A DNA stretch of 64,000 bases from a candidate division FCPU426 bacterium (GCA_963840035.1 CAWIXE010000003.1:64001-128000); one strand, 5' to 3'; counted from the first letter of the stretch, positions 1 to 9,967 are shown. Program-made: numbers and translations. The notes: a model not told the origin generated them from the letters alone.

Positions 1-711
1 GCAACGCAGCTGATTTTTGACGGGATATTCCTTCTTGCCGGGACCCTGTATATTATTAAGGAAATGAGGGAGAAAAGCAGATATATCGCGGCGGCGCTGA
101 TTTTGGCGTCCGCTTTCCTCTGGCTTGCTACGTCAATTACAGGTTCCGCGCTTACCCGCGTTTTTCTGCCGTCCCAGTTTTTTATGGGCGCTGTTATTAT
201 CCATGCCTTATTCAGGTTTAATATACCGCGTCCCCTGAAGTACGCGGGGTACGTGATGATAACAGGTTTTAATATTTTCCTGTTCCTCATGCCGGCTTAC
301 CATTTAAGCTCTATAATACCATACAGGCAGATAGCCGCGGCTGCGGTTGCCGAAGCAAAAAATTACGGAACAGACAAAGTGCTGCTATCCTATAACACGT
401 TAAACAGCGTTTCCGTATACCGGTATATCTCAAATGAGGAAAAAGGCGGAGGGCTGAAAATAACCTTTGTGGGCCCGGATTTCACAAAAAATGAGGCGCC
501 GCGGGGGAAATTTATTTTTCTTTCATTCATGGGGGAGGACAATAAATTTGTTGATAAAAGCAGGTTCATAAGCGGGGGATACAGCCGCCGCCTAATGCCG
601 GTAAAAAACTTTGTAAAGCTTGAGGATTTGCCGTATAATAAATTCTGGAAGAACCATTTTCAAAATAACGCAATGCAGGAATATGCATGTATTGTGTATG
701 ACGCGGAGTGA
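1..711 (+). CDS. Membrane protein, 5'-truncated by the window edge (possibly GT-C/ArnT-like)
   Basis: Frame is open from base 1; several hydrophobic helices then a soluble C-terminal domain; lies directly upstream of a glycosyltransferase. Confidence 0.6.
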   Translation, partial: ATQLIFDGIFLLAGTLYIIKEMREKSRYIAAALILASAFLWLATSITGSALTRVFLPSQFFMGAVIIHALFRFNIPRPLKYAGYVMITGFNIFLFLMPAYHLSSIIPYRQIAAAAVAEAKNYGTDKVLLSYNTLNSVSVYRYISNEEKGGGLKITFVGPDFTKNEAPRGKFIFLSFMGEDNKFVDKSRFISGGYSRRLMPVKNFVKLEDLPYNKFWKNHFQNNAMQEYACIVYDAE

Positions 712-1859
712 CCATGGACATAAAAGGCAAATACATAGTTGAAGCAGGCCACGTGACGGAAGTATACGGGCCCGTGCAGGCACTCAGAAATTACCTCATA
801 AAGAAAAAAGCGGATTTTGACTATATCACCCACCCTTTTTCTTACTCGAAGCTTGAATCTACGGCGGTGGACCATTATAAAGATGGCATACTGACAGGAA
901 CAGGCAGGGGGCATGCCCGCATGTCAAATCAGGTCCTGCAGTGGGTTAAAGACGTTTTTTTTAACATAGGGTTTTTCGTTTCATCCAAGAGGAAAGTAGA
1001 CCTTTTTGTAGGGGTCGACAACTTAAACGCCGTTACCGGGATAATAATGAAAGCGTTCGGGAAAGTCGATAAAGTGGCTTACTATATCATAGACCATATG
1101 GACAGGCGTTTTAAAAACCCCGTTATAAACTGGTTTTATGAGGCCATAGACCATATGGCCTGCTCGGGTTCGGATTATGTGTGGTCGCTCTCAAAAAGGA
1201 TGGCGGACGCGAAAATAAAAAAATACCGTTTAAAGCCTGAAAAGAACTATGTGGTGCCCGTGGGCGTAGAGCTTGACAGGGTGGATAAATTCACCGTGGA
1301 GGAAAAGCTGGCAAAAAAGTCCCTTGTGCTGATGTCCATGTTAGACGAGACAAAAGGGGTGCAGCTGCTTGTGGAAGCCATGCAGGATATAATAAAGGAA
1401 GAGCCCCTGGCGCAGCTTCTGATAATCGGCACAGGACCGTATGAGCCAAACTTAAAGGCGCAGACAAAATCCTTAAACCTGGAAAAAAGCGTAAAATTCC
1501 TGGGGCTGATGAACCATGAAGAGCTCTTCAGATTCATACCGCACGAGCGCGTCAGCGTGGCGCCGTACATGGACGACCCGAATAACTACACATATTACGC
1601 CGACCCGACAAAGCCCAAGGAATACCTGGGTTGCGGCCTGCCCATGGTAATCACGGATGTCCCGTGGATTGCCGAAGAAGTGGCAAAAAGGCCCATGGGT
1701 GTGGTGTGTAAATACAGGCGGGGAGAACTCGCAGCCGCTTGTTTAAAGCTTTTAAAGGACGATGCTTTTTATAAGGTATGCCTAAAGAACGCGCTGGAAT
1801 TCGCTTCCACTCTTAATTGGGACGGGATATATGATGAGGTTTTTTTAAGGATGAAATAG
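708..1859 (+). CDS. Glycosyltransferase family 4 (GT-B)
   Basis: KGVQLLVEA, LLIIGTGP and PTKPKEYLGCGLP motifs typical of GT4; start is GTG 708 or ATG 714. Confidence 0.85.
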   Translation: MTMDIKGKYIVEAGHVTEVYGPVQALRNYLIKKKADFDYITHPFSYSKLESTAVDHYKDGILTGTGRGHARMSNQVLQWVKDVFFNIGFFVSSKRKVDLFVGVDNLNAVTGIIMKAFGKVDKVAYYIIDHMDRRFKNPVINWFYEAIDHMACSGSDYVWSLSKRMADAKIKKYRLKPEKNYVVPVGVELDRVDKFTVEEKLAKKSLVLMSMLDETKGVQLLVEAMQDIIKEEPLAQLLIIGTGPYEPNLKAQTKSLNLEKSVKFLGLMNHEELFRFIPHERVSVAPYMDDPNNYTYYADPTKPKEYLGCGLPMVITDVPWIAEEVAKRPMGVVCKYRRGELAAACLKLLKDDAFYKVCLKNALEFASTLNWDGIYDEVFLRMK

Positions 1860-1861
1860 TA

Positions 1862-1892
1862 AATTACTAATTACAAATTACTAATGACTAAT
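1862..1892. repeat. One-armed heptamer array (AATTACT-like x4)
   Basis: aattact aattaca aattact aatgact aat, right after the stop at 1859. Confidence 0.7.
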
Positions 1893-1944
1893 AAAAGGCA
1901 AAAGTATATAATGGCAATAATATATTATCAGGAGGTTTCATGAT

Positions 1945-3006
1945 ATGGCTAAATTAATCGTAACCGGCGGATGCGGATTTTTAGGGTTTCATGTCTGCAA
2001 AAAACTTTCTAAAAAATACTCGAAAATACTTGTGGTGGATATTGACGAATTCAGGAAAGGCGACTACGCGAAGAATGTCGAGTATGTAAAGCTTGATGTG
2101 CGCGACCTTGAAGGGCTGAAAAAGGCTTTTAAAGGCTATGACGCTGTTGTGAACGCGGCAGCGGCACTGCCTCTTTGGAAAGCTTCTGATATATATTCCA
2201 CAAACGTTGACGGCATGAGAAATGTGCTGGAAGCGGCAAAAGCCAACAAAATAAAAAGGGTCGTACAGATAAGCTCCACTGCCGTTTATGGTGTACCTGA
2301 CCATCACCCTTTATTTGAAACAGACGAACTCGTAGGAGTAGGCCCGTACGGCGAGACCAAGATAACAGCTGAAAAGATATGCGAAGAATACAGAAAAAAG
2401 GGGCTGATAGTGCCGGTTGTAAGGCCAAAGACCTTTATCGGGACCGAAAGGCTCGGCGTCTTCCAGATACTTTATGACTGGGTCGAGGCAGGCGCGCTTA
2501 TACCGACTATCGGCAACGGCAGGAACAGGTACCAGCTGCTTGAAGTGGAGGACCTTGTTGACGCTATCACGCTTTGTCTTAACAAACCGGCAAAGGTTGC
2601 CAATGATACGTTCAACATAGGTGCCAAGAACACCAAACCAATAGAGGAATACTTAACAGAGTTCTTTAAATTTGTAAAAAGCAAATCAAGCGTCATGAAG
2701 ACACCCGCAGGGCCGCTTATATTCCTCCTGGAGATATTCTGGATGCTGCGCATATCACCCCTGTATAAGTGGGTTTACGGCACCGCGCATAAGGATTCTT
2801 TTGTCTCAATAGAAAAAGCCGAAAAAAAGCTGGGCTGGAAGCCGAAATTTACAGAAGCACAGGCTTTAGAACACGCGTATCTCTGGTATAAAAAGCATGA
2901 GAATGAGGTAAAAGGCGCATCCGGTGTAACACACAGGGTGCCGTGGAAGCAGGGGATACTGGCGCCGTTTAAGGCGATAGCGGTGTGGCTGAATCCTAAT
3001 AAGTAA
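1945..3006 (+). CDS. NAD-dependent epimerase/dehydratase (extended SDR, 3-beta-HSD-like)
   Basis: TGGCGFLG, SSTAVYG and YGETK (YxxxK); RBS AGGAGG. Confidence 0.9.
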   Translation: MAKLIVTGGCGFLGFHVCKKLSKKYSKILVVDIDEFRKGDYAKNVEYVKLDVRDLEGLKKAFKGYDAVVNAAAALPLWKASDIYSTNVDGMRNVLEAAKANKIKRVVQISSTAVYGVPDHHPLFETDELVGVGPYGETKITAEKICEEYRKKGLIVPVVRPKTFIGTERLGVFQILYDWVEAGALIPTIGNGRNRYQLLEVEDLVDAITLCLNKPAKVANDTFNIGAKNTKPIEEYLTEFFKFVKSKSSVMKTPAGPLIFLLEIFWMLRISPLYKWVYGTAHKDSFVSIEKAEKKLGWKPKFTEAQALEHAYLWYKKHENEVKGASGVTHRVPWKQGILAPFKAIAVWLNPNK

Positions 3007-3009
3007 TTA

Positions 3010-3119
3010 ATTTTCGATTTTATATTTTCAATTTTCAATTGAAGGCATAAAGGGCGTGTAAAAGCGCCCTTTTGCCTTTTTAATGTTAAATTGAAAATTC
3101 TTAATTGAAAATTGAAAAT
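3010..3119. repeat. Inverted heptamer arrays (ATTTTCA)n...(TGAAAAT)n enclosing a GC hairpin/terminator
   Basis: Left arm 3010-3040, right arm 3089-3119; inner aagggcg-tgtaaaag-cgccctt followed by T-rich sequence. Confidence 0.85.
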
Positions 3120-3138
3120 CCGTTTTAATTCTAACCAT

Positions 3139-3168
3139 TTGACAACACCCCCTGCCCTGTATTATAAT
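3139..3168 (+). promoter_or_regulatory. Sigma70-type promoter
   Basis: TTGACA-N18-TATAAT upstream of 3257. Confidence 0.7.
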
Positions 3169-3256
3169 CATACGAAGCACATTGTTTCATTATATTTTCC
3201 GTATTTACGTCTTTATATGTAATATATTTTAGCAAATTCGGGAATAAAGAGGGTTT

Positions 3257-5887
3257 ATGGCAGAGAATAAAAAAGACATCCTAAAGATGGCTATGATTTA
3301 TACCCAGGAAGGGCGCTGGGATAAAGCCGTTGGCGAGTATAAGAAACTGCTCACCCTGGATCCCACGGATTATAACATTCATAATATGCTGGGCGATGTT
3401 TATTCAAAAAAGGAAGAGGACGCCCTCGCTTACCAGTCATACATAATGGCGGCTGAAGCCTATGCCAAGCAGGGGCTCGGCGATAAGGCTGCCATAATAT
3501 ACAAGAAAATAGGCAAGTTAAACGCGGATAAGCTTCCTGAGGCTGATAAGCAGAAGGCTATCCTGATAAAAAGAAATACCGTGGCCGAGAAACTCATAGA
3601 AGAGGGGCAGATAGACAAGGCCATAGAGGAATATAAGGAAATACTCAAAATTAACCCGGCTAATTTTGACACCTACCAGAAGCTGGGGGAACTTTTTTCC
3701 CAGAAAGGCGACCAGAAGGAAGCCTTAAGCTATTATAAAAAGATAGTGGACGTTTATTTTAAAAACCGACTTTATAAAAAAGCCCTTCCCATATACCAGA
3801 AGATACTCGAAATGCAGCCTGATTCTATTGCCACCCGCGAAAAGATAGCCGAGATATATGAGCGCGAGGGAAATGAGACGGACGCAAAAAGGGAGTACCT
3901 GTTCCTTTGCGAATTTTACTGGAAAGAAAAGAATATGGAAAAGACGGAGTTCTTCTCCCAGAAAGCCATTGAGTTCAAATCCATAGAAGCGCATTTCTTT
4001 AAAGGCGCGGCACTGGCCATGAAAAAGGACTACGCCGAGGCGAAAAAAGAGATGGACATGCTGCTTAAATTCAAGGCGAACCATTCAGGCGCGCTTATGA
4101 TAGTGGCGGAAATACAAAGGGACACGAACGCCGTAGATGACGCCATAACCACCCTTGCAAAAGTAACAAAAGCGGATATTGAGAATACGGACGCCTACAT
4201 ACTGCTCGGGGAAATATACACTAAGAAATCGCTGAAAAAGGAAGCTGAGACCAGTTTCTTGACAGCCGTGAACATATTCAGCAAAAAACATGAAAATGAA
4301 AAGGCACTTGGCCTGCTGAGAAAAGTCCTTGAACAGGACCCGGAAAGCATTAATGTCATACAGAAAATGGCAGAGCTGAACCTGCAGACAGGTAAGAAAA
4401 GGGAAGCAGCCGACGCGTATCTTAAGATATCTGAAATATATAAAAAGGAAAACATGGCTGATAAGGCGCAGGAATTTTACAAGCTTGCGCAGGAAAATGA
4501 CCCGGGAAACTCCACCATAGTGGACAACGCGAAGAAAACAGGGTCGGCTCCGGCCAAAGCGCCTGAACCGGCAAAGCCCGCGCCGCTGCCTGAAATAAAA
4601 GCAGCCCCGGAAAAACCAGCGGCCATGCCGCCAATGGATACTGTCAAGCCGGCGCCGCTTCCGCCTGTAGATACCGTGAAACCCGGGCCGGCAAAGCCGG
4701 CGGACACTGTAAAAACCGCGCCTATGGCCCCGATTGATACTGTAAAGCCGGCGCCGCCGCAGCAGGGCGCGCCTGCTCCTAAACAGGAGCAGACTGAACC
4801 TGCTTTAAAGATACAAAGGGGAATGTTCTACGACATGAGTTCGACGCCGACGCCTTCAAAACAGGCCGCGCCTAATGTCCCGCCTCCCCAGCCGCCGGCT
4901 CAAAAACCGCCTGTAAAGCAGGAACCGCCGGCTTTCTTGGACTCGCTTCCTGACCTGGGCGACATTAAATTTGATGTCCCGCCGGTTTCAAAAAAGCAGG
5001 AAGCGCCGCCACCGCCACCTCCTCCTAAAAGGATGGAAATGGAGCCGCTGCCGGAGTTTGACCTGAATTCAAAGAAGAAACCTTCTGACCAGATTAAAGA
5101 AATGGAAGACGCGATGGGATTTGACACTTCGCTGTCCATGACGCAGTCAAAAGAAGATGTGCCATCAATGATAGCAATGGGTGACAGCCTGGTCAAGACC
5201 GGGTCGTTTGATGAGGCCATAGAGATGTACCAGAAGGCTTTATCACTGGACCCGAATAACGATACTATAAAGAACAAATTAAACATGGCATATTCCAAGT
5301 ACGCCGGGGTGCCCATGCCGGATCCTGCGGCAAAAGAGGCGGAAAGGAAAAGAAAAGAAGAAGAGGAAAGAAAAAGGAATGAAGAGGAAGAAAAGAAAAA
5401 GAAGGAACTTGAAGCAAGGGAAGCCGCGGCAAAAGACGCTGCGGTAAAAAACGCCGCCGCAAAGGATACCGCGGACAGGGAATCGGCAAAGAAAAAAGAA
5501 GAAGAGGACAGGAAGAAAAAGGAAGAGGAAGAACGCAAAAAGAAGGATGAAGAGGCGAGGAAAAAGAAGGATGATGAGGAAAAGAGGAAGCGCGAAGACG
5601 AGGAAAAAAGAAAACAGGCCGAAGAAGAGGCCATAGAAGAGCCGGAGATAAGCGAGGATTTTGTGACAGTCACTACGGCTGAGATATTCATGAAACAGGG
5701 GCTTTTAACCGAAGCCGAGAAGATACTCAATAAAATACTTGGCAAGGAACCCGATAATATGGAAGCTCGCATGCGCTTAAATGAACTCAAAAAGCTCCTG
5801 GTGGAATTCGGCGAGGAAGAAAAAAAGCCGGCGCCCGGGCCCGATGAAGACAAAGGCCCGAAGGGGAGTAAGGTCTCGTACATCTAA
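3257..5887 (+). CDS. Large cytoplasmic TPR protein with Pro-rich linker, E/K/R charged helix and C-terminal TPR
   Basis: Many TPR units; PAP repeats; (E/K/R)n run; terminal TAEIFMKQGLLTEAEKIL motif; no signal peptide. Confidence 0.85.
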   Translation: MAENKKDILKMAMIYTQEGRWDKAVGEYKKLLTLDPTDYNIHNMLGDVYSKKEEDALAYQSYIMAAEAYAKQGLGDKAAIIYKKIGKLNADKLPEADKQKAILIKRNTVAEKLIEEGQIDKAIEEYKEILKINPANFDTYQKLGELFSQKGDQKEALSYYKKIVDVYFKNRLYKKALPIYQKILEMQPDSIATREKIAEIYEREGNETDAKREYLFLCEFYWKEKNMEKTEFFSQKAIEFKSIEAHFFKGAALAMKKDYAEAKKEMDMLLKFKANHSGALMIVAEIQRDTNAVDDAITTLAKVTKADIENTDAYILLGEIYTKKSLKKEAETSFLTAVNIFSKKHENEKALGLLRKVLEQDPESINVIQKMAELNLQTGKKREAADAYLKISEIYKKENMADKAQEFYKLAQENDPGNSTIVDNAKKTGSAPAKAPEPAKPAPLPEIKAAPEKPAAMPPMDTVKPAPLPPVDTVKPGPAKPADTVKTAPMAPIDTVKPAPPQQGAPAPKQEQTEPALKIQRGMFYDMSSTPTPSKQAAPNVPPPQPPAQKPPVKQEPPAFLDSLPDLGDIKFDVPPVSKKQEAPPPPPPPKRMEMEPLPEFDLNSKKKPSDQIKEMEDAMGFDTSLSMTQSKEDVPSMIAMGDSLVKTGSFDEAIEMYQKALSLDPNNDTIKNKLNMAYSKYAGVPMPDPAAKEAERKRKEEEERKRNEEEEKKKKELEAREAAAKDAAVKNAAAKDTADRESAKKKEEEDRKKKEEEERKKKDEEARKKKDDEEKRKREDEEKRKQAEEEAIEEPEISEDFVTVTTAEIFMKQGLLTEAEKILNKILGKEPDNMEARMRLNELKKLLVEFGEEEKKPAPGPDEDKGPKGSKVSYI

Positions 5888-5973
5888 TTTTATATTTTCA
5901 ATTTTAAATTTTAAATTGAAGAATAAACATGACTGGCATTTAATTGAAAATCGAAAATTCATAATTTAAAATT
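5887..5973. repeat. Inverted heptamer arrays, ATTTT(C/A)A type
   Basis: attttat attttca attttaa attttaa att ... aattgaa aatcgaa aattcat aatttaa aatt. Confidence 0.8.
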
Positions 5974-5989
5974 GACCTTGAGGTGTTCC

Positions 5990-6808
5990 TTGAGCTACGA
6001 GCAATTCTACGGCCTTACAGAACAGCCCTTTTCAAATTCCCCTGATTCGCGTTTTTTCTTTGAAAGCGAGCCGCACGTTGAGGCTTTGACGCGCATCATG
6101 CACGCGGCCGAGACCATGAAGGGCCTTGTGGTTATGGTGGGGGATATAGGCACGGGGAAAACAACTCTGGCGAGGATGGCCCTGGAAAAGCTCGGGGCGG
6201 ACGATAAATTCGTGGAGTCCCTGCTTGTAATGGTGCATTCCGAAATAAGCGCTTCATGGCTCCTTCGCAGGCTTGCCATACAGATAGGCATAGAAAACCC
6301 GGCTGAAGGAAAAGAAAAGCTTATCCCGCAGCTCTACAGCAGGTTAATCGACCTGCATGACGCCGGCAAGAAGGCAGTGGTCATCATAGACGAAGCGAAT
6401 ATGATCACAAAAAAAGAGGTCTTTGAGGAATTCCGCGGGCTCATGAACCTGGAAGTCCCGGGCTCAAAGCTGATAACGCTTGTGTTAGTCGGCATGCCGG
6501 AGCTTAAGCAGAATATCGCCCTGGACCCGCCGCTGCAGCAGAGGATTGCCATACAGTTTGAACTTAAAAGACTTGATAAGGATACTTCAATCAGGTATAT
6601 AAACCACAGGATGAAGATTGCCGGAGCGCAGAAAAAAATATTTTCCGACATGGCCCTTGAAAATGTGTATGATTACTCAAAAGGCACACCAAGGCTGATC
6701 AATACCATATGCGATAACGCCCTGCTCGAAGGGTTTTTAATGAAACGGGATATGATAGATATAGCTGTCGTGGATAATGTGGTTTCGGACTTAGGGCTGA
6801 CAAAATAA
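5990..6808 (+). CDS. ExeA/MshM-family AAA ATPase (no C-terminal periplasmic domain)
   Basis: YEQFYGLTEQPF N-terminus, Walker A GDIGTGKT, IIDEA, GTPRLINTICDNALL; TTG 5990 follows GAGGTG. Confidence 0.9.
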   Translation: MSYEQFYGLTEQPFSNSPDSRFFFESEPHVEALTRIMHAAETMKGLVVMVGDIGTGKTTLARMALEKLGADDKFVESLLVMVHSEISASWLLRRLAIQIGIENPAEGKEKLIPQLYSRLIDLHDAGKKAVVIIDEANMITKKEVFEEFRGLMNLEVPGSKLITLVLVGMPELKQNIALDPPLQQRIAIQFELKRLDKDTSIRYINHRMKIAGAQKKIFSDMALENVYDYSKGTPRLINTICDNALLEGFLMKRDMIDIAVVDNVVSDLGLTK

Positions 6809-6878
6809 AGCCCAAAGTTCAGAGCCCAAAGCCCAAAAGGGGGACTTCCCTTGGGCTCTGGGCCCTGGGCTTTGGACT
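6809..6878. repeat. Inverted heptamer arrays (AGCCCAA)x4...(TTGGGCT)x4
   Basis: Arms 6809-6836 and 6851-6878; starts at the stop codon. Confidence 0.85.
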
Positions 6879-6893
6879 ATAAGGGGTGGATTT

Positions 6894-7715
6894 ATGAAGA
6901 TCGGTCTCGCGCTCGGCGGCGGTGTTGTGTACGGCTACGCTCACATAGGCGTTTTAAAGGTCCTGGAAGCTAACGGCATAAAACCTGATATTATTTCCGG
7001 AACATCGATAGGTTCGCTCATGGGCGGAATGTACGCTTCAGGGATGTCCCTTGCCGAGCTGGAAAAACTTGCCCGCGATTTCAAATGGCAGGAAGTGATG
7101 AATGTTACGCTGCCCACGGAAGGGCTCATATCAATTGAAAAACTTAAGACATACGCGGATAAGCACGCGAAAAAGCAAAACATAGAGGATTTCCCCATAA
7201 AGTTTTCGGCTATGGCGACGAACCTGCTGGACGGAAAAGAAAGGGTCTTTGACGAAGGCTCTCTAGGCGATGCCGTGCGCGCGTCATGCAGCCTGCCCGG
7301 AATATTTACCCCGGCTATTTATGACGACGGCGTATATGTCGACGGGGGACTTACAAATAACGTGCCCATAAGCGCGGCAAAAAAGGCCGGGGCTGATTTT
7401 ATAATAGCCGTGGACATCACGGCAAGGGCTAAGTCAAACGTAATTAAAAATCACGATATATTCAACATAGTCTGGCAGAGTTTTATGCTTATGATACAGG
7501 ACAATACCGTGGTAAAAGCATATAAAGACGCTGATTTTGTCATACAGCCGGATATTAAGTCCTTCAGCCCGTTTGATTTGTCAGCCATGGACAGGCTCAT
7601 TAAGAAAGGCGAAGAAGCCGCGGAAAAGGAAATAGGCAATATCCTGGCAAAAATAAAGGAAAAAGGGTCGCTTTTGGGCAAGGTTAAGGACATGCTTAAA
7701 AAGGAAATAACCTGA
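6894..7715 (+). CDS. Patatin-like phospholipase
   Basis: LALGGG, GTSIG (GxSxG) and DGG motifs. Confidence 0.92.
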   Translation: MKIGLALGGGVVYGYAHIGVLKVLEANGIKPDIISGTSIGSLMGGMYASGMSLAELEKLARDFKWQEVMNVTLPTEGLISIEKLKTYADKHAKKQNIEDFPIKFSAMATNLLDGKERVFDEGSLGDAVRASCSLPGIFTPAIYDDGVYVDGGLTNNVPISAAKKAGADFIIAVDITARAKSNVIKNHDIFNIVWQSFMLMIQDNTVVKAYKDADFVIQPDIKSFSPFDLSAMDRLIKKGEEAAEKEIGNILAKIKEKGSLLGKVKDMLKKEIT

Positions 7716-7819
7716 TTAATAGACAATTGGCAATAATCAATCGTTTATGATTGCAACCCGGCAACGGTTTTAGCGTTATATTTGTGCCGGGAACGGCGTT
7801 TTGAAAGGCATTATTTCCG

Positions 7820-7848
7820 TTGACATAATAGCGGAAAATTAATATAAT
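7820..7848 (+). promoter_or_regulatory. Consensus sigma70 promoter of tRNA-Gly
   Basis: TTGACA-N17-TATAAT. Confidence 0.85.
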
Positions 7849-7867
7849 AAAAACCGCTTTTTATGAT

Positions 7868-7942
7868 GCGGGAATAGCTCAGTGGTAGAGCGACTCGTTG
7901 CCAACGAGTAGGTCGCCGGTTCAAGCCCGGTTTCCCGCTCCA
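7868..7942 (+). tRNA. tRNA-Gly (GCC)
   Basis: Cloverleaf with acceptor GCGGGAA/TTCCCGC, anticodon arm ACTCG-TTGCCAA-CGAGT, TTCAAG T-loop and encoded CCA. Confidence 0.97.
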
Positions 7943-7986
7943 TTTACACTTAAAGGGATATTGAAATATATAAGGAGGTCAGATAA

Positions 7987-8805
7987 ATGCTTAAGAGATT
8001 CAATGTACTGGTTTTTGTAGCGGCATTTTTTGCTCTGTTTTTTGTCCTCACAGCAGTATCAGTCGGCGAGGATTTTGCGTTACCGCCTCCGCCGGACGCG
8101 AATGAAGATTTAGTTCCCCCTCCGCCGGGTGATTCCGGCATGGCAATGGGCGGGGATGAAATGCCTCCGCCTCCGGGCGAGGATACAGGCGCACTGCCTC
8201 CGCCTCCGGGAGATGATTCCGGCGCGCTCCCTCCGCCTCCGGGCGAAGAAGCAAGCTCTGACATGCCGCCGCCTCCTGGCGATGAAATGTCAGGCGACAG
8301 CGCAATGCCTCCGCCTCCGGGCGAGGAAGCAAGCTCTGACATGCCTCCGCCTCCGGGCGAAGAAGCCTCTGGCGAAGTACCTCCTCCTCCGGGAGAAGAA
8401 GCAAGCTCGGACATGCCTCCGCCTCCGGGCGAAGAAACAGCTGAAGCTCCGCCTGCTGAAGAAGAAGCAGTAGCAGCGCCCGCTGAAGAAGAAGAACCCG
8501 CAAAAGTCGTAAAGACAGCGTCAGTTAAAGCCGGATCTTCCAAGTACTCCGTAAAAAGCGGGGACAGCCTCTGGAGGATATCGGGCAAAGACAGCATATT
8601 CGGCGATTCATTCAGGTGGCCGCTTTTATTTAAAGCCAATAGGGCATCCATCGAGGACCCGGATTTAATTTACCCGAGACAGGCTCTTAAAGTCTCAAAG
8701 AATTTCTCGGATGAAGAAGTTGAAGACGCAATCGGAAAAGCGAAAGAAACACCGCTCTATGAGCCGCACTCCGAGCCGAGGAAGAAACTCCCGATAAAGT
8801 ATTAA
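7987..8805 (+). CDS. Exported LysM-domain protein with ten acidic PPPP repeats
   Basis: Signal peptide; LysM YSVKSGDSLWRIS...WPLLFKAN...DPDLIYP; RBS AAGGAGG. Confidence 0.88.
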   Translation: MLKRFNVLVFVAAFFALFFVLTAVSVGEDFALPPPPDANEDLVPPPPGDSGMAMGGDEMPPPPGEDTGALPPPPGDDSGALPPPPGEEASSDMPPPPGDEMSGDSAMPPPPGEEASSDMPPPPGEEASGEVPPPPGEEASSDMPPPPGEETAEAPPAEEEAVAAPAEEEEPAKVVKTASVKAGSSKYSVKSGDSLWRISGKDSIFGDSFRWPLLFKANRASIEDPDLIYPRQALKVSKNFSDEEVEDAIGKAKETPLYEPHSEPRKKLPIKY

Positions 8806-8823
8806 TTGAACGTCTGAAATATA

Positions 8824-8860
8824 AGGCCCCCGGTTTCCAAAAGAGACCGGGGGCTTTTTC
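8824..8860 (+). terminator. Intrinsic terminator
   Basis: gcccccgg...ccgggggc followed by T run. Confidence 0.8.
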
Positions 8861-8872
8861 TTTATAAGGCAG

Positions 8873-8900
8873 CTGAAAACTTAAAACTGAAAATTTAAAA
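8873..8900. repeat. One-armed heptamer array (CTGAAAA-like x4)
   Basis: ctgaaaa cttaaaa ctgaaaa tttaaaa. Confidence 0.6.
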
Positions 8901-8930
8901 TGAGGACAAACAAATAAGGCGGTTGTTTAT

Positions 8931-9356
8931 ATGCGTTTATGGTCGCTTCACCCGAAATACCTCGACCCTGCCGGGCTTGTGGCGCTTTGGCGTGAGGGGC
9001 TGCTGGCAAAGAAGGTCCTGGAAGGCAAAACCCGCGGATACAGGAACCATCCGCAGCTCCTGAGATTTAAGGCTTCAAAAAATCCGCTTAAAGCGGTCAA
9101 TGCGTATCTTGGCGCCGTGCTTGAGGAGTCGGTTGCCAGGGGTTATAAATTTGACGGCGGCAAGATCAGGCGTATAAAATCCCTAAGGCTCATTAAAGTC
9201 ACAAAAGGCCAGGTAAAATATGAAACACAGCACCTCAGGAAAAAGCTAAAAAAAAGGAATATGGATTTTTATGCGGGGCTCAAAGGCACAAATGTGCCAT
9301 GTGTAAATCCGGTTTTTATCATGGTCAACGGTAAAAAGGAAAACTGGGAAAAATAA
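8931..9356 (+). CDS. Pyrimidine-dimer DNA glycosylase / endonuclease V family
   Basis: MRLWSLHPKYLD...LVALWRE...GYRNHPQL signature. Confidence 0.88.
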   Translation: MRLWSLHPKYLDPAGLVALWREGLLAKKVLEGKTRGYRNHPQLLRFKASKNPLKAVNAYLGAVLEESVARGYKFDGGKIRRIKSLRLIKVTKGQVKYETQHLRKKLKKRNMDFYAGLKGTNVPCVNPVFIMVNGKKENWEK

Positions 9357-9403
9357 GGCACAGCCGGAACCATCACCTTAAGATATTTATATTACAAATA
9401 AAT

Positions 9404-9432
9404 TTGACAACATTAAAATCATATGCTATATA
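9404..9432 (+). promoter_or_regulatory. Sigma70-type promoter with extended -10
   Basis: TTGACA-N17, TGcTATATA. Confidence 0.6.
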
Positions 9433-9725
9433 TTCATTCGGGTGATGAAATTCAAAACAACAGGTGCTTTTAATATCGCTGAAACAGGGCTTTAACAGGG
9501 CGGGTAAAAGACTAAATAATACGGCTTAAATATGGAAAACTTACTGTGAAACGGATTAAATCATAAAAAAACCCTGCTTTAAATCTAAATAACCGCGCTT
9601 AAATCATTTTGCCCATTACATCGCCATTATTTTATTCTTTGTATTTGCCGGTTTGTGAAAAATTAAAAAATATGATTTTTTAATTTTTATGTATTTTGTT
9701 TTTAACGGCTAAGGGGGCGGATTTA

Positions 9726-9902
9726 ATGAAAGAAAAATGGCGTCACAGGGAGATGGAAAAGTGTAATAGGAAGGAAAATAAAAGGAAAAAGAGCAAAAGG
9801 GATTTTGCCCAATATGACGCTTATGACCTGGAAGAGGGTTTGTATGGGACAAACCCGGATGCGGACGCCATGGATGGAGGGATGGAAGAACGGGGCTTAT
9901 GA
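9726..9902 (+). CDS. Small hypothetical protein (58 aa, basic N-half and acidic C-half)
   Basis: RBS AAGGGGG; ATGA overlap with the next ORF. Confidence 0.5.
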   Translation: MKEKWRHREMEKCNRKENKRKKSKRDFAQYDAYDLEEGLYGTNPDADAMDGGMEERGL

Positions 9903-9967
9903 ACATCTTTAATGCGTTAATCAGCGCTTCCGCGGGCATCGCGGCTAAAAAACGGAGGGATCTATGA
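9899..9967 (+). CDS. Putative 22-aa peptide MNIFNALISASAGIAAKKRRDL
   Basis: ATGA overlaps at both ends; not in the ORF track. Confidence 0.3.
   Translation: MNIFNALISASAGIAAKKRRDL

Noticed and set aside
4900..5883. 327-aa minus-strand ORF
   Set aside because: Antisense shadow of the E/K-rich region (poly F/S).
7950..8651. Long antisense and alternate-frame ORFs over the LysM gene
   Set aside because: Shadows of the PPPPG repeats; the + frame has an RBS, a signal peptide and LysM.
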